IMG/VR virus record: IMGVR_UViG_3300020160_002696
Coordinates: 1 to 64,000 of that record
Direction: 5' to 3' (one strand)
Length of the DNA: 64,000 bases
Source: a virus
In this document: piece by piece, positions 49,022 to 58,342 of the stretch
Numbering within the stretch: position 1 is the first letter of the stretch
Layout of the letters: the number at the start of each line of letters is the position of its first letter
Made by a program: the position numbers and the translations under genes
The notes under the pieces: model-generated
Databases searched by the model: none
What the model was told of the DNA's origin: nothing
Seen by the model: only the letters and a program-made list of their open reading frames with translations

Positions 49022-49469
49022 TTACATGAAAGGTTTTAATGCCTCTTCATCAAGTTCTATTCCTAAGATAAACTTAAACTCACCACCTACTTTTTTAACA
49101 TCTGATGATAAAGTACCATTATACATTATTTCTTTACCATTTTCTTTAACTAAAATACTTGCTAATAATTTATATGTTCTCTTATCTGTTTCAGTTGAAC
49201 CTTCATTATTATCTGCTTTTCTTATCCATTCATCATATTGGTCAAATTTATCTTGTTTAAATCTAACTTCTTTATATACATCTAACTCTACCAAGTATTG
49301 AAAATTTTCATCTTTGGTCCAAGTTTTTAGTTTACGGTCATATTTAAGATATTTCTCAGTAAAGTTTGTTTGATAATCTTCTATTTCTCTTAGACATTGT
49401 ATCTAATTCTTCTTTAGTAAGTCTTGTTAACTTTCTTGATTTATGTTGATTAAAATTTTGTATCTTCAT
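49022..49469 (-). pseudogene. Gene interrupted by a +1 frameshift (MKIQNFNQH...EELD / QCLREIEDY...LKPFM)
   Basis: ATG overlaps the upstream stop; frame 0 stops after 37 codons; the +1 frame is open through 49022. Confidence 0.55.
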
Positions 49470-49699
49470 TATTCTTTAGTTATTTTATAACCTAATTTTT
49501 TTATCATTTCAGTTACATCTAATATTAGATTTGTGGCTAAATCATGTGTCATTACAAATCTACCATCATTATCATCTATAATAGATTTTATTTCACTTGT
49601 ATAGTTCTTTCTAAAAGAAACATAGTCTTTATTAGAACTATCAAATTTATTTAGTATTTCCTTGTTATCTATAACCTCATTAAATTTCTTTATCTTCAT
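49469..49699 (-). CDS. Small protein with capsid-targeting-like leader (MKIKKFNE)
   Basis: Shared motif; TAATATATA at 49705-49713. Confidence 0.65.
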   Translation of the reverse strand: MKIKKFNEVIDNKEILNKFDSSNKDYVSFRKNYTSEIKSIIDDNDGRFVMTHDLATNLILDVTEMIKKLGYKITKE

Positions 49700-49716
49700 A
49701 TTATTATATATTAAAA

Positions 49717-50355
49717 TTAATAAGCATAGTTTTTGGTAGGTTTTCTACATTTCAACTGAGACTTAACATTATTCATTTCATTTGTACCAAGTTCTAACTT
49801 AGCATTTTTTCTTTTCATAACTAAACCTTCATACATATCAATTTTTATCAAATCATTATATAAGTCTAAGAAACCACCATTGTAAGATTTTACTCTGTAG
49901 ATGTTTTCTGAAATACCATACAAGTGTTCTTTCTCACAATCTACTTGACCATATAAGTCATTTAAAATTGCAACTCTTTGTTCAAAAGTAGTTCCTACTA
50001 AATAGTTACCCTCAAGAACAAGAATATCAAAAATAACAAACTTATGATTAAATGGTCTACCAGTTTCATCATTCTGAGATTTGTTCATATACTCACCATT
50101 GATTACCATCCATTCACCATTACCTCTATACATAGAAGAAACTTCTTCATCTGTTATTCTGAAATTAGTAAGTCTTTGATTGTGTCTATTCATTACAATG
50201 TGTTTTTCACCATTTGTATAAATAGTAGTATTAGAACCATTAAGTTTTGGTTGTCCTAATAATGAGTCATTGTCCCAAAAAGTTAACTCGTCCGAAGGAA
50301 TTGCATTCTTTGGACGAGGTGGATAGATATAAATGAATTTTGAATATTGTGCCAT
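49717..50355 (-). CDS. Minimal ATP-dependent ligase-like nucleotidyltransferase
   Basis: Motif I QPKLNG, III INGEY, IIIa FVIFDIL, IV EGLVMK, V KCRK; no OB domain. Confidence 0.75.
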   Translation of the reverse strand: MAQYSKFIYIYPPRPKNAIPSDELTFWDNDSLLGQPKLNGSNTTIYTNGEKHIVMNRHNQRLTNFRITDEEVSSMYRGNGEWMVINGEYMNKSQNDETGRPFNHKFVIFDILVLEGNYLVGTTFEQRVAILNDLYGQVDCEKEHLYGISENIYRVKSYNGGFLDLYNDLIKIDMYEGLVMKRKNAKLELGTNEMNNVKSQLKCRKPTKNYAY

Positions 50356-50389
50356 ATCTTAATATTTCTACAAAGATAAGGATTATTTT

Positions 50390-50875
50390 TTAATAATTAT
50401 ATAAAGCTTGCATTTTTTCTGCAATTCTAATTCCAATTGGAGTATTCATCAAATCTGGTCTTGGAACATAACCACATCTAATTAATTCTATTCTATCTGC
50501 ATCAAAACAAGCTCCTATTGTAATATCTTCTTTATTTACTACTCCTTTATGATGATACTTACAAGCTTCCCATAACTGTTCTATTTGAGTTCTATTTAAG
50601 AAATTTTCTAATTCACTTTCAATCTCTCTAACATAATTGGCTGACCTGTCACCATGTTCAGGGTCTTGGAAATCATCCAGTCTTTTACAATCATGAATAT
50701 GTGCAAATAATCTAACAACAGTTAAATCAACACCAGGTTGATTAGCTAACATAATTCCATTCTTTTCAACTTCATCCCAATGGTCAAACCCATGTATATT
50801 ATGGTCTTCCAAGATGAATTGTTCTTTTGCTAATTTTATAATTTTTTGAATTGCTTCTTCTAATGATCCAGTCAT
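50390..50875 (-). CDS. HD-domain phosphohydrolase
   Basis: HGFDHW, FAHIHD, HG.RSA, YHH, FDADR. Confidence 0.85.
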   Translation of the reverse strand: MTGSLEEAIQKIIKLAKEQFILEDHNIHGFDHWDEVEKNGIMLANQPGVDLTVVRLFAHIHDCKRLDDFQDPEHGDRSANYVREIESELENFLNRTQIEQLWEACKYHHKGVVNKEDITIGACFDADRIELIRCGYVPRPDLMNTPIGIRIAEKMQALYNY

Positions 50876-50918
50876 ATTTTTTTATATTATTTATTAAATT
50901 TTATGCGACATCATGATA

Positions 50919-51641
50919 CTATAATAAGATATTTTGTTCACTCTTACCTTTTTTAAAGAGATCAAAACTAATATTCTTGAATATTACAAATAAGTCTTTT
51001 TTATGTTTATTTTCTCTTGATAGATAATGTTGTGAATTTGTATCTTTTAGATGCATATCTAATTTTTGATCCATTATCTGTAGAGGACAATGAATTTTAT
51101 AAGTATGTCCTTTATATTCAAAGGTATTATATCTAACATCATTATCTAAGAAATAATCAACTTTGTAGATGTATTCATTACCAAATACTTTTATTAAGCA
51201 ATTTACTACTAATATAAAGGGAAATAAAAAACTATTTAAAAATGAATTTATAGTTACTTCTTTTCTATAAACATGTTGTTTATATCCTAATCTATTTTCA
51301 GAAAAACCAACATCACCACTATATGAGTGGTCATTATAATAATGTGCATTTGGATATCTGTCTTTATCTTTGATAAGAACATCAATATCATTACAACTTC
51401 TATTTATTAGACCATAAAGATTTAATGCAAAAGAACCTGTGATAACATCATCAGGACAAACTATTTTTAAAAAATCAAGCTCATTTTCATGAACTTCCAT
51501 ATTCACAGGTGATACTGAAAATTTAACATCATCAGTAGTTATCACTTGTATCTTTAAGTCTCTTAAAGCACTCTTTGGCTCAAAGTCTATTACCCAACTT
51601 GGGGTATCATATATTCCCATATCATCTGTAGTTTCAAACAT
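50919..51641 (-). CDS. Pol-beta-type nucleotidyltransferase-like protein
   Basis: ITGSFALNLYG...DIDV, KVDYF, KHKKDL; N-terminal RDLKIQVI tag-like segment. Confidence 0.7.
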   Translation of the reverse strand: MFETTDDMGIYDTPSWVIDFEPKSALRDLKIQVITTDDVKFSVSPVNMEVHENELDFLKIVCPDDVITGSFALNLYGLINRSCNDIDVLIKDKDRYPNAHYYNDHSYSGDVGFSENRLGYKQHVYRKEVTINSFLNSFLFPFILVVNCLIKVFGNEYIYKVDYFLDNDVRYNTFEYKGHTYKIHCPLQIMDQKLDMHLKDTNSQHYLSRENKHKKDLFVIFKNISFDLFKKGKSEQNILL

Positions 51642-51784
51642 TATTCTATTTTTGTTATGATATGTTTATTCCACCACTTAAAAAACTTATTCTCTTTGTC
51701 AAGATTAGGTATAATCAATCTGTCAATACTAATCATTAAGAAAAGTAAGACACTCAAAGTCAAAAGTATTAAAGGTAATATCAT
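51641..51784 (-). CDS. 47-aa membrane peptide (not in ORF track)
   Basis: MILPLILLTLSVLLFLMISIDRLIIPNLDKENKFLKWWNKHIITKIE. Confidence 0.6.
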   Translation of the reverse strand: MILPLILLTLSVLLFLMISIDRLIIPNLDKENKFFKWWNKHIITKIE

Positions 51785-51796
51785 AATATTGTTAAA

Positions 51797-51949
51797 TTAG
51801 AAAGGTAAGTCATTTATAGTCTCTTTCTCAACATTTGTTTGAAAATATTCAGACTGATTTTTAAAATCTTCTGCCATAATTAACAATTCATTTAATTGAG
51901 CTGGATCCATATTAGGATTTTCCATATAATCATTGATAGTCTCGTACAT
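51797..51949 (-). CDS. 50-aa acidic peptide ending DLPF (SSB-tail-like; not in ORF track)
   Basis: MYETINDYMENPNMDPAQLNELLIMAEDFKNQSEYFQTNVEKETINDLPF, directly after a host-type promoter. Confidence 0.65.
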   Translation of the reverse strand: MYETINDYMENPNMDPAQLNELLIMAEDFKNQSEYFQTNVEKETINDLPF

Positions 51950-51967
51950 AGTGTTTTATTTAGAATA

Positions 51968-51999
51968 CAAATATAAGATAAAATTTTAATATATACAAA
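51968..51999 (-). promoter_or_regulatory. Bacteroidota-type promoter with an oppositely oriented TAATATATA in its spacer
   Basis: TTTG-N20-TATATTTG; plus-strand TAATATATA at 51987-51995. Confidence 0.7.
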
Positions 52000-52000
52000 T

Positions 52001-52684
52001 ATGAAACACTTAAAAAAGTTTAATGAAAGTAAATCAGAAATGCCATTGGAAGACTACTTTGTAGAATTTGTAGATGAAGGGTTTACTATTGAAAGAGAGT
52101 TAAATCAATTCAAACTTAAATATACTGGAGAATATGATTTTAGTCAAACACTTGAAATGTATAATGATGTAATCTCTAAATTACAAGCTTATGGTAGAGA
52201 TATAACTAAAACAGACTTATCATATAGAAAATCTGTTACAAATATTCTTATTGAAGTTAAGAATAATATTAAACCTAATGATGCTATTGAAATTACACTT
52301 AGAGGTGAAAAATTAAAACTAATACCACATGCTTATGCAGTATATGGTAGTCCACAACCTCAACAAAGTTATCATACTAATGATGCAGGTAGAACAGTAA
52401 AACTTGGTAAACCAAGACCACCATATGTTAATACTATAATATTATTCTGTAAAGATGAAAATAATAGAAACTATAATATAACTTGGGAAAATAGATATGG
52501 TAATGAACTTTCTAAAGAGGATATTAGAGCAAAAGTACAAAATACAAATATTAATATTGATTTAGAAAATGCTTCTAAAGTAATAGAAACTATCAAAAAG
52601 AATGAAATTGAGGCAAGATATGGAACTGAAATAATGCTTGATGTATTTACTGAAACAATTACTCCAGAATTACTTACTAGATAA
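52001..52684 (+). CDS. Protein with capsid-targeting-like leader (MKHLKKFNES)
   Basis: Shared motif; late promoter upstream. Confidence 0.65.
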   Translation: MKHLKKFNESKSEMPLEDYFVEFVDEGFTIERELNQFKLKYTGEYDFSQTLEMYNDVISKLQAYGRDITKTDLSYRKSVTNILIEVKNNIKPNDAIEITLRGEKLKLIPHAYAVYGSPQPQQSYHTNDAGRTVKLGKPRPPYVNTIILFCKDENNRNYNITWENRYGNELSKEDIRAKVQNTNINIDLENASKVIETIKKNEIEARYGTEIMLDVFTETITPELLTR

Positions 52685-53111
52685 TCTGACTAATCTTATT
52701 GTATCTTGCTATTGACTTACTAAATACTGATGCTTGTTCAGCCATACTTTCACACTCTGATTTTACATATTGCATATCTCTATAAGTGCCACTTAATCCA
52801 AAGACACTATCTTCATTTAGTAAAAAATAAGGTGTTAAATCTCCATAATGTGCACAATCAAATCCAATGACCCAATTATTATTATCATCATATGAATTAT
52901 ATGTTAGACCACCATGTGCTCTTATATTAAGTTCATCATATCCAATACCATATAAAGAACTATCTCGTGTTAAAGTAATATATCCACATAAAGCTTTTAA
53001 TCCATTTCTATGTATAGAACACTCAATAATGACACCATTACTACAGGTATAATTCCATAGTAATGTGTCACCTTCTTTTTCAATCAGTTCCTTTAATTGT
53101 TCTTTATTCAT
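52677..53111 (-). CDS. Conserved phage protein (HGGLTY...GFDCAH) with C-terminal RxxKI tag
   Basis: CGYI, AHGGLTY, WVIGFDCAHYGD; ends ARYNKISQII. Confidence 0.75.
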   Translation of the reverse strand: MNKEQLKELIEKEGDTLLWNYTCSNGVIIECSIHRNGLKALCGYITLTRDSSLYGIGYDELNIRAHGGLTYNSYDDNNNWVIGFDCAHYGDLTPYFLLNEDSVFGLSGTYRDMQYVKSECESMAEQASVFSKSIARYNKISQII

Positions 53112-53528
53112 ATAGTAAATCCTGTTTGTAAATTGTCAATAAACCTTTGTGGTAGATAAACATTCTTTAATCTGATTGCTGGTTTGAAAAGAGGTGCAAT
53201 TTCCTCTACTGTAAAATAAGCTAAGTTACAACCTAACTCAACCACATAAAATGTTAAGTGAGTATTTTCTTTGGCAAATATAATAAAATTATCTATACCT
53301 TGTTTAATTTCATCTAAAGTAACTGGATTATAATTACTTCTTAATTCTTTTGTTACTATGGCATATGATTGACCTTGTAAACCTTTAGATTGACCATAAA
53401 TAGCACCAAATTTATTTCTTGCAGTTAATGCTGCTCCTCCGACCATGTCTTCCTTGTCGGTTAGATCCAAACGTGAAGACTTCATTTTCTTTTAATTCTT
53501 TAATATATTTAGGTGTTATTCTTTCCAT
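53108..53528 (-). pseudogene. A1S_2505-like (macro-fold-related) phage protein with a +1 frameshift
   Basis: MERITPKYIKELKENEVFTFGSNRQGRHG, then one extra C at 53441, then GGAALTARNKFGAIYGQSKGLQGQSYAI...LGCNLA. Confidence 0.7.
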
Positions 53529-53863
53529 ATATCTGCAAATGTTGGTTTATAAGTAACTTTAGGATTTTCATAACCCAAAAGTTCATCAATCAATTTATTT
53601 CTTCTTTCTTGTTTTGAATAGAAAGAGTTCATATCAATTATTTGATATGGAAAGTATAGATTTATACTTTTTCTTCTTCTGAAAATTGGACCTGATATTA
53701 TTTCTTCATAAAAATCCTTTTTTACATAAGAAAAATTATTACAATCATCATAATACCAATCATAATCATCATAATAGTCATAATAGTCATACCACTGAAT
53801 AAACTCAAGGTCTAATTCACGTCTAACTACATCATACTTATCTTTTTTACTAGTCTTCTTCAT
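53516..53863 (-). CDS. Tyr/Asp-rich protein with RxxK-type tag
   Basis: YDYYDYYDDYDWYYDD; QERRNKLIDELLG. Confidence 0.65.
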   Translation of the reverse strand: MKKTSKKDKYDVVRRELDLEFIQWYDYYDYYDDYDWYYDDCNNFSYVKKDFYEEIISGPIFRRRKSINLYFPYQIIDMNSFYSKQERRNKLIDELLGYENPKVTYKPTFADIWKE

Positions 53864-54236
53864 TAAGATGTTTTACAATTTTGTCAATTCTCCAATCTCT
53901 TATGTTTATTTTGAAATCTTCAAATGAATTAGATTGTCCTAATACAGTAATTCTTTCATTTATTTGTTCAATAAGTCCAGCAATTTCAACATCTTTAGTT
54001 TTGCCTTTACCATCATAAACACATTCAATTTTTGTTGGTTCATCAGTTGCTACAATCCACATTGTTATATTGCTATATATATCAAACTGATTTCTAACAT
54101 CATGAATATATTCTTCTGCTCTTTGTCTTGACATACCATTTACACATATATAAAATACAAAGATTGGATTATCTAAATTTAATTCAATTTTTGGTGGTTG
54201 TTGGTAGTTATATGCAAAATTAATTGATGCTGTCAT
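53850..54236 (-). CDS. Hypothetical protein with RDWRIDKIV tag variant
   Basis: Operon ORF. Confidence 0.65.
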   Translation of the reverse strand: MTASINFAYNYQQPPKIELNLDNPIFVFYICVNGMSRQRAEEYIHDVRNQFDIYSNITMWIVATDEPTKIECVYDGKGKTKDVEIAGLIEQINERITVLGQSNSFEDFKINIRDWRIDKIVKHLNEED

Positions 54237-54264
54237 AATAAAGTTTTTCTTTATTATATCATAC

Positions 54265-54693
54265 TTAGTCTATTAAGTTTAGTAAGTGTTCTACTCTATA
54301 AAATATCTTAGTTTTAGCTTCTTCTTTTGTTAAAAAACCACACCAATCTAATTCCTCAATCTGTAACATTTCTTTTGGTAAAGTTTCATCTGACAAATCA
54401 ATCTCTGAAATATCATTGATATAAACTTTGAATAAATAAAGTTCTTTATAAATCTTACCTCTCTTATCATTATAAAGTATAACAATTGGTTCTTTATCAA
54501 TGATTCTATCTTCTGTTATCTCAATAGAAGTTTCTTCTTTAAGTTCTCTTATGGCAGCTTCTATTTGACTTTCACCTAATTCTATACCACCTTTAGGAAA
54601 TGAATAGGTATTAGACCACCTTGCATTAGTTGGATGACTTAAAAGTAACTTGTTATTATTTAGAATAATTATTATTCCTGCTGATTTTTCCAT
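54265..54693 (-). CDS. Nudix hydrolase
   Basis: KSAGII, FPKGGIELGESQIEAAIRELKEETS. Confidence 0.9.
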   Translation of the reverse strand: MEKSAGIIIILNNNKLLLSHPTNARWSNTYSFPKGGIELGESQIEAAIRELKEETSIEITEDRIIDKEPIVILYNDKRGKIYKELYLFKVYINDISEIDLSDETLPKEMLQIEELDWCGFLTKEEAKTKIFYRVEHLLNLID

Positions 54694-55088
54694 TATATTC
54701 CTAAGTCATTTAATTTTGCTTCTCTTGATAATGCTTTTTTTGCATCTGCTGGTATATCACCAACAAATCCATCCCAGTTTTTGATTTTATTTATTGCTTG
54801 GTTTGCAACAATTACATTTTTAATTTCTCTTTTAACTTCATCTGCTTCAAGATTTATATTAACTAAAGCACCACTATTTTCATTTATACAGACAAGTTCA
54901 CTGGTTACTTTTCTTTCAGTTGTACCAAGACCAAACCAAGTAGTTCTTTCAGTTACTTTTTCAACTTTATTATATACAAATACATAATGATAATTATTAC
55001 TCCAACCCTTTTTAATATTAAAGTAATAGGTTTTACCATCTTCAAATAAGAATGGTGTCATTTCAACTATAATTTTATCTTTTTCCAT
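54693..55088 (-). CDS. Hypothetical protein with C-terminal tag
   Basis: Ends LSREAKLNDLGI. Confidence 0.7.
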   Translation of the reverse strand: MEKDKIIVEMTPFLFEDGKTYYFNIKKGWSNNYHYVFVYNKVEKVTERTTWFGLGTTERKVTSELVCINENSGALVNINLEADEVKREIKNVIVANQAINKIKNWDGFVGDIPADAKKALSREAKLNDLGI

Positions 55089-55091
55089 GTT

Positions 55092-55709
55092 TTAATTAAA
55101 TGTTAATTTATATATTTCTTCTATTGCTTTTATTCCATTAGGTTTTATCTCTCTTGTTCCAATACCTGCAAAGTTTTCATAACTTATTTTAAGAGGTTTT
55201 GTGACTTCAATAAACTTTAGTGAGGTATATGACCATCTAAACCATTTGTCTTTATCCTGGTCAAATACATAAACAAACTTACCATTATTTATGGCCATTT
55301 GAACTGCATAACCTGTACCACCATCAACTACTTGAAACTCTGATTTATTATAAAATCCTTTTGAACCTTTTTTACCAGGTTCTACTATAGTTCCAATTGC
55401 AAATACTTCATCAGAATATTTTACTTGAGACCAGTTTCTTGCTAACAAGTTCATAAACTTATGAATACCATATCTACTTAAAACTCTATTTGCTTTAGTT
55501 ATTTCTTTTACTCCTTCTTCATAATCAGTATCACTAATTTCTACTTTATTTTCAGTAGTATGATACTTTGTTTTGTAAGAATATGCCTTTGTCTTTACAC
55601 CATAGTTGGCTCCTATGGTTTCAAAATAAGTATCACTTCCAATTGCTCCACCAGAATGACAAACTAATCTGTCTAATCTGATTGGTGTATTTCCAAATAT
55701 ATCTATCAT
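55092..55709 (-). CDS. SLOG/DprA-like Rossmann-fold protein
   Basis: CHSGGAIGSD, LLARN, GGTGYAV, VYVFDQ, FAGIGTR. Confidence 0.6.
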   Translation of the reverse strand: MIDIFGNTPIRLDRLVCHSGGAIGSDTYFETIGANYGVKTKAYSYKTKYHTTENKVEISDTDYEEGVKEITKANRVLSRYGIHKFMNLLARNWSQVKYSDEVFAIGTIVEPGKKGSKGFYNKSEFQVVDGGTGYAVQMAINNGKFVYVFDQDKDKWFRWSYTSLKFIEVTKPLKISYENFAGIGTREIKPNGIKAIEEIYKLTFN

Positions 55710-56029
55710 ATTCCCAATTCTTTTAATTTTATATCTCTTGTATATACTACATAGTCTTCTGCTTGTGTAATGAAGTATTCATTCATTTCTTGTTCAGTAA
55801 AGTAATACCATTTTACTCTTTCTGAGTATGGTTTATTCCACCAATCTTTCTTATCAGATCCAAAAAATTCATCTTCAACACAGAAACCATAACCTTCTTT
55901 ATCAGTTGCAGCATTCCAAGTTAAGTCACCACAACCTTTTATCTTGTAGTGACTTTTTAGTTTTAATGTTTCATATTGTTTTATACAAACAACACTATCT
56001 CCCATTTCAAATCTATCTTCTTTATACAT
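55706..56029 (-). CDS. Hypothetical protein with C-terminal tag
   Basis: FEMGDSVVCIK; ends TRDIKLKELGI. Confidence 0.7.
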   Translation of the reverse strand: MYKEDRFEMGDSVVCIKQYETLKLKSHYKIKGCGDLTWNAATDKEGYGFCVEDEFFGSDKKDWWNKPYSERVKWYYFTEQEMNEYFITQAEDYVVYTRDIKLKELGI

Positions 56030-56612
56030 GGTGATCAACTTTAACAATTTCTCTTTTCTCCATTAATTGAAGTATTTCATTGATATGAAATGGTCTGAAC
56101 TCTTTGTGTGCATCAATACCAACATCCATTGATTTACCATAATCTGGAATGCTACCATGTGAGTGACCATAAAGATGAATTACACCTTTATGAGAACTTG
56201 GCCATACTCTGTGAGAATAGTGAGATAAGTGAAATTTGTTTTTTCCAATGTAACCTGTATAAGTATCTCTAACACTTACAAACAATTCAAATGGATCAAA
56301 TGATAATCTTTGTCTTCTTTCTTCATTGAATTCATCAAAAATTTCATCATGGTTTCCTTTTATTAAGTGAATAGTTTTACAGATTAAAGATTTTCTGAAA
56401 TCATACATTTTTTGTGGTGAACCAAAAGAGAAATCACCAAGATGATAAAGAATATCATCTTCTTTTACATATTTGTTGATAGTATCAATCAAACACTCAT
56501 TCATTTCCTGAACTGTTTTGAAAGTTCTGTAACCAGACTTCCATTTTGACAATTCTGGACCTGCAATTCCTGAGTGATGATAGTGTGTATCAGATGTAAA
56601 CCAAATGTTCAT
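56022..56612 (-). CDS. Calcineurin-like metallophosphoesterase
   Basis: FTSDTH, HLGD, GNHD, HY, GHSH, DVGID. Confidence 0.9.
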   Translation of the reverse strand: MNIWFTSDTHYHHSGIAGPELSKWKSGYRTFKTVQEMNECLIDTINKYVKEDDILYHLGDFSFGSPQKMYDFRKSLICKTIHLIKGNHDEIFDEFNEERRQRLSFDPFELFVSVRDTYTGYIGKNKFHLSHYSHRVWPSSHKGVIHLYGHSHGSIPDYGKSMDVGIDAHKEFRPFHINEILQLMEKREIVKVDHHV

Positions 56613-56635
56613 ATATTATTTATTTTTTAATTATA

Positions 56636-56667
56636 CAAAGATAGTAAATTATTTTTATAATATCAAA
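56636..56667 (-). promoter_or_regulatory. Bacteroidota-type promoter
   Basis: TTTG-N20-TATCTTTG; divergent TAATATATA at 56671-56679. Confidence 0.75.
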
Positions 56668-56704
56668 AAATAATATATATGTAATAATAAAATAGAAATA
56701 AAAT

Positions 56705-57211
56705 ATGAGATACTTAAAATTATTTGAAGATATAGTTCCTGCACATCAAAGTGGGTCCGAATATAGAAACAGAAATACTGATGAAACAACAGATGTTACT
56801 AAATTAGATAGTATACCACTTAGGTCACCAGTGTATCAAAAAGGTGAAATACTTATCTTTTCAGAGGGTAGAGATGTTGATTATGAATTTGCAGAAAGGT
56901 TATTAAAAAGGTTAGGTCTTAAATTGATAGGTGAACCTTATGATAGAGGATTTTTAGTTAAATGTGAGCCTGGTAAGGAAGTAGAAAGTGCCAAAATGGC
57001 AATTGCAAAATATCCTGATTTTTTTGATAGTTATGAAAGAGAAGATATTAGAATGCCTTATATATCAGATAAAGTTGATGTTTTAGTTGGAGAAGTTGAA
57101 GGTATAGTAGATTTCTTTGAAAGTACTTTACAAAGAAATGTAAATTCTACTAAATATAATAAGTATATTGATGATATAATAAATGAACTGGATAAGTTAA
57201 AAATAAATTAA
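56705..57211 (+). CDS. Protein with capsid-targeting-like leader (MRYLKLFED)
   Basis: Shared motif. Confidence 0.65.
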   Translation: MRYLKLFEDIVPAHQSGSEYRNRNTDETTDVTKLDSIPLRSPVYQKGEILIFSEGRDVDYEFAERLLKRLGLKLIGEPYDRGFLVKCEPGKEVESAKMAIAKYPDFFDSYEREDIRMPYISDKVDVLVGEVEGIVDFFESTLQRNVNSTKYNKYIDDIINELDKLKIN

Positions 57212-57213
57212 TT

Positions 57214-57534
57214 ATGAAACATATAAAAATATTTGAAGAGTTTAGAGAGAAAGTTGTAACTTTCACTAATAAAAGAAATCCAAGGTTAGTAATAAAAGTT
57301 ACTAAAACACCTGATGGTAGAATAACTAATATTGATAATCCAAATGGAATAAGATTTTGTTTCTCTGTAGGACAACTATTTAACAGAACTGCTGAGGTTT
57401 GGGCAAGTAATAATAACTACTTAATGGATGGACAAGATATGACACCAGAAGAGAAAATAATGGGAATTAAAGTATCTGATATACCACCAGGACATGAACT
57501 AAGAATGTTATATCCTGGAAAGTTTAAAAAGTAA
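57214..57534 (+). CDS. Protein with capsid-targeting-like leader (MKHIKIFEEF)
   Basis: Shared motif. Confidence 0.65.
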   Translation: MKHIKIFEEFREKVVTFTNKRNPRLVIKVTKTPDGRITNIDNPNGIRFCFSVGQLFNRTAEVWASNNNYLMDGQDMTPEEKIMGIKVSDIPPGHELRMLYPGKFKK

Positions 57535-57544
57535 AAATATAGAA

Positions 57545-58330
57545 ATGAAATACTTAAAATTATATGAAGAGTTTGTTAGTAAAGAAACTAAAGTAAACTG
57601 GGGAGAAGCTGAACTTGAAATCAAAGAAATGTTTAGAATCTTTAAAGAGTTAAAAGAAATACCAAATGAATTGACTGTTGATGGTGAGAAATTTAATATA
57701 GATAAATCTATCTTTGATGTTGAAGAACCTCAAGAGTTTGAACAACAAGTTGATGATATAAATGGTAAGCACACAGACTCTTCAAAGATTGGACCAACTG
57801 CAGATGAAATTCTATCAATGAAAGAGTTGACGGTTAGTGGTAAAAAGGTAGATGCAAAACCTTATTACAATTTTATTAAATTTTGTAAGAAGGTATTTTG
57901 GAAAGGTCAGAAAGTTCAATTAGATAAAACAACAATTCAAAAGTTAGCAGATGATTCACAATCAATAGGTAGAGGTGAATTTTCAAAATTCATAAAAGAT
58001 TCTAGTGAGTATCAAAGATTATCAAAAGCATATGATAATACTATGACTTTCTTGAAAGAAAAAGGAGCAGAAGATAAATTTAATACAACTGGTTTATTTA
58101 GTAAGTACCCGGATATCAATAAAAAAGACTACAATGACGCAGTTCATTACTTTATTTACTATGGCAAATCTTATTTATTCTTTGAAGAACAAATAAAGAA
58201 AGGTGGTAAAATGCCAATAACATCAGCAATTGAAATTTCAGGTAAATGGTATATTGTTGGTGGTAATAGAAGAATGAGTTTTTATGTATTAAGTGGTATA
58301 GACCCAGTGATATGGCTAACTAAGATTTAA
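57545..58330 (+). CDS. Protein with capsid-targeting-like leader (MKYLKLYEEF) and ParB/Srx-like C-terminus
   Basis: Shared motif; YIVGGNRRM. Confidence 0.6.
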   Translation: MKYLKLYEEFVSKETKVNWGEAELEIKEMFRIFKELKEIPNELTVDGEKFNIDKSIFDVEEPQEFEQQVDDINGKHTDSSKIGPTADEILSMKELTVSGKKVDAKPYYNFIKFCKKVFWKGQKVQLDKTTIQKLADDSQSIGRGEFSKFIKDSSEYQRLSKAYDNTMTFLKEKGAEDKFNTTGLFSKYPDINKKDYNDAVHYFIYYGKSYLFFEEQIKKGGKMPITSAIEISGKWYIVGGNRRMSFYVLSGIDPVIWLTKI

Positions 58331-58342
58331 TTAAAAAAGAAC

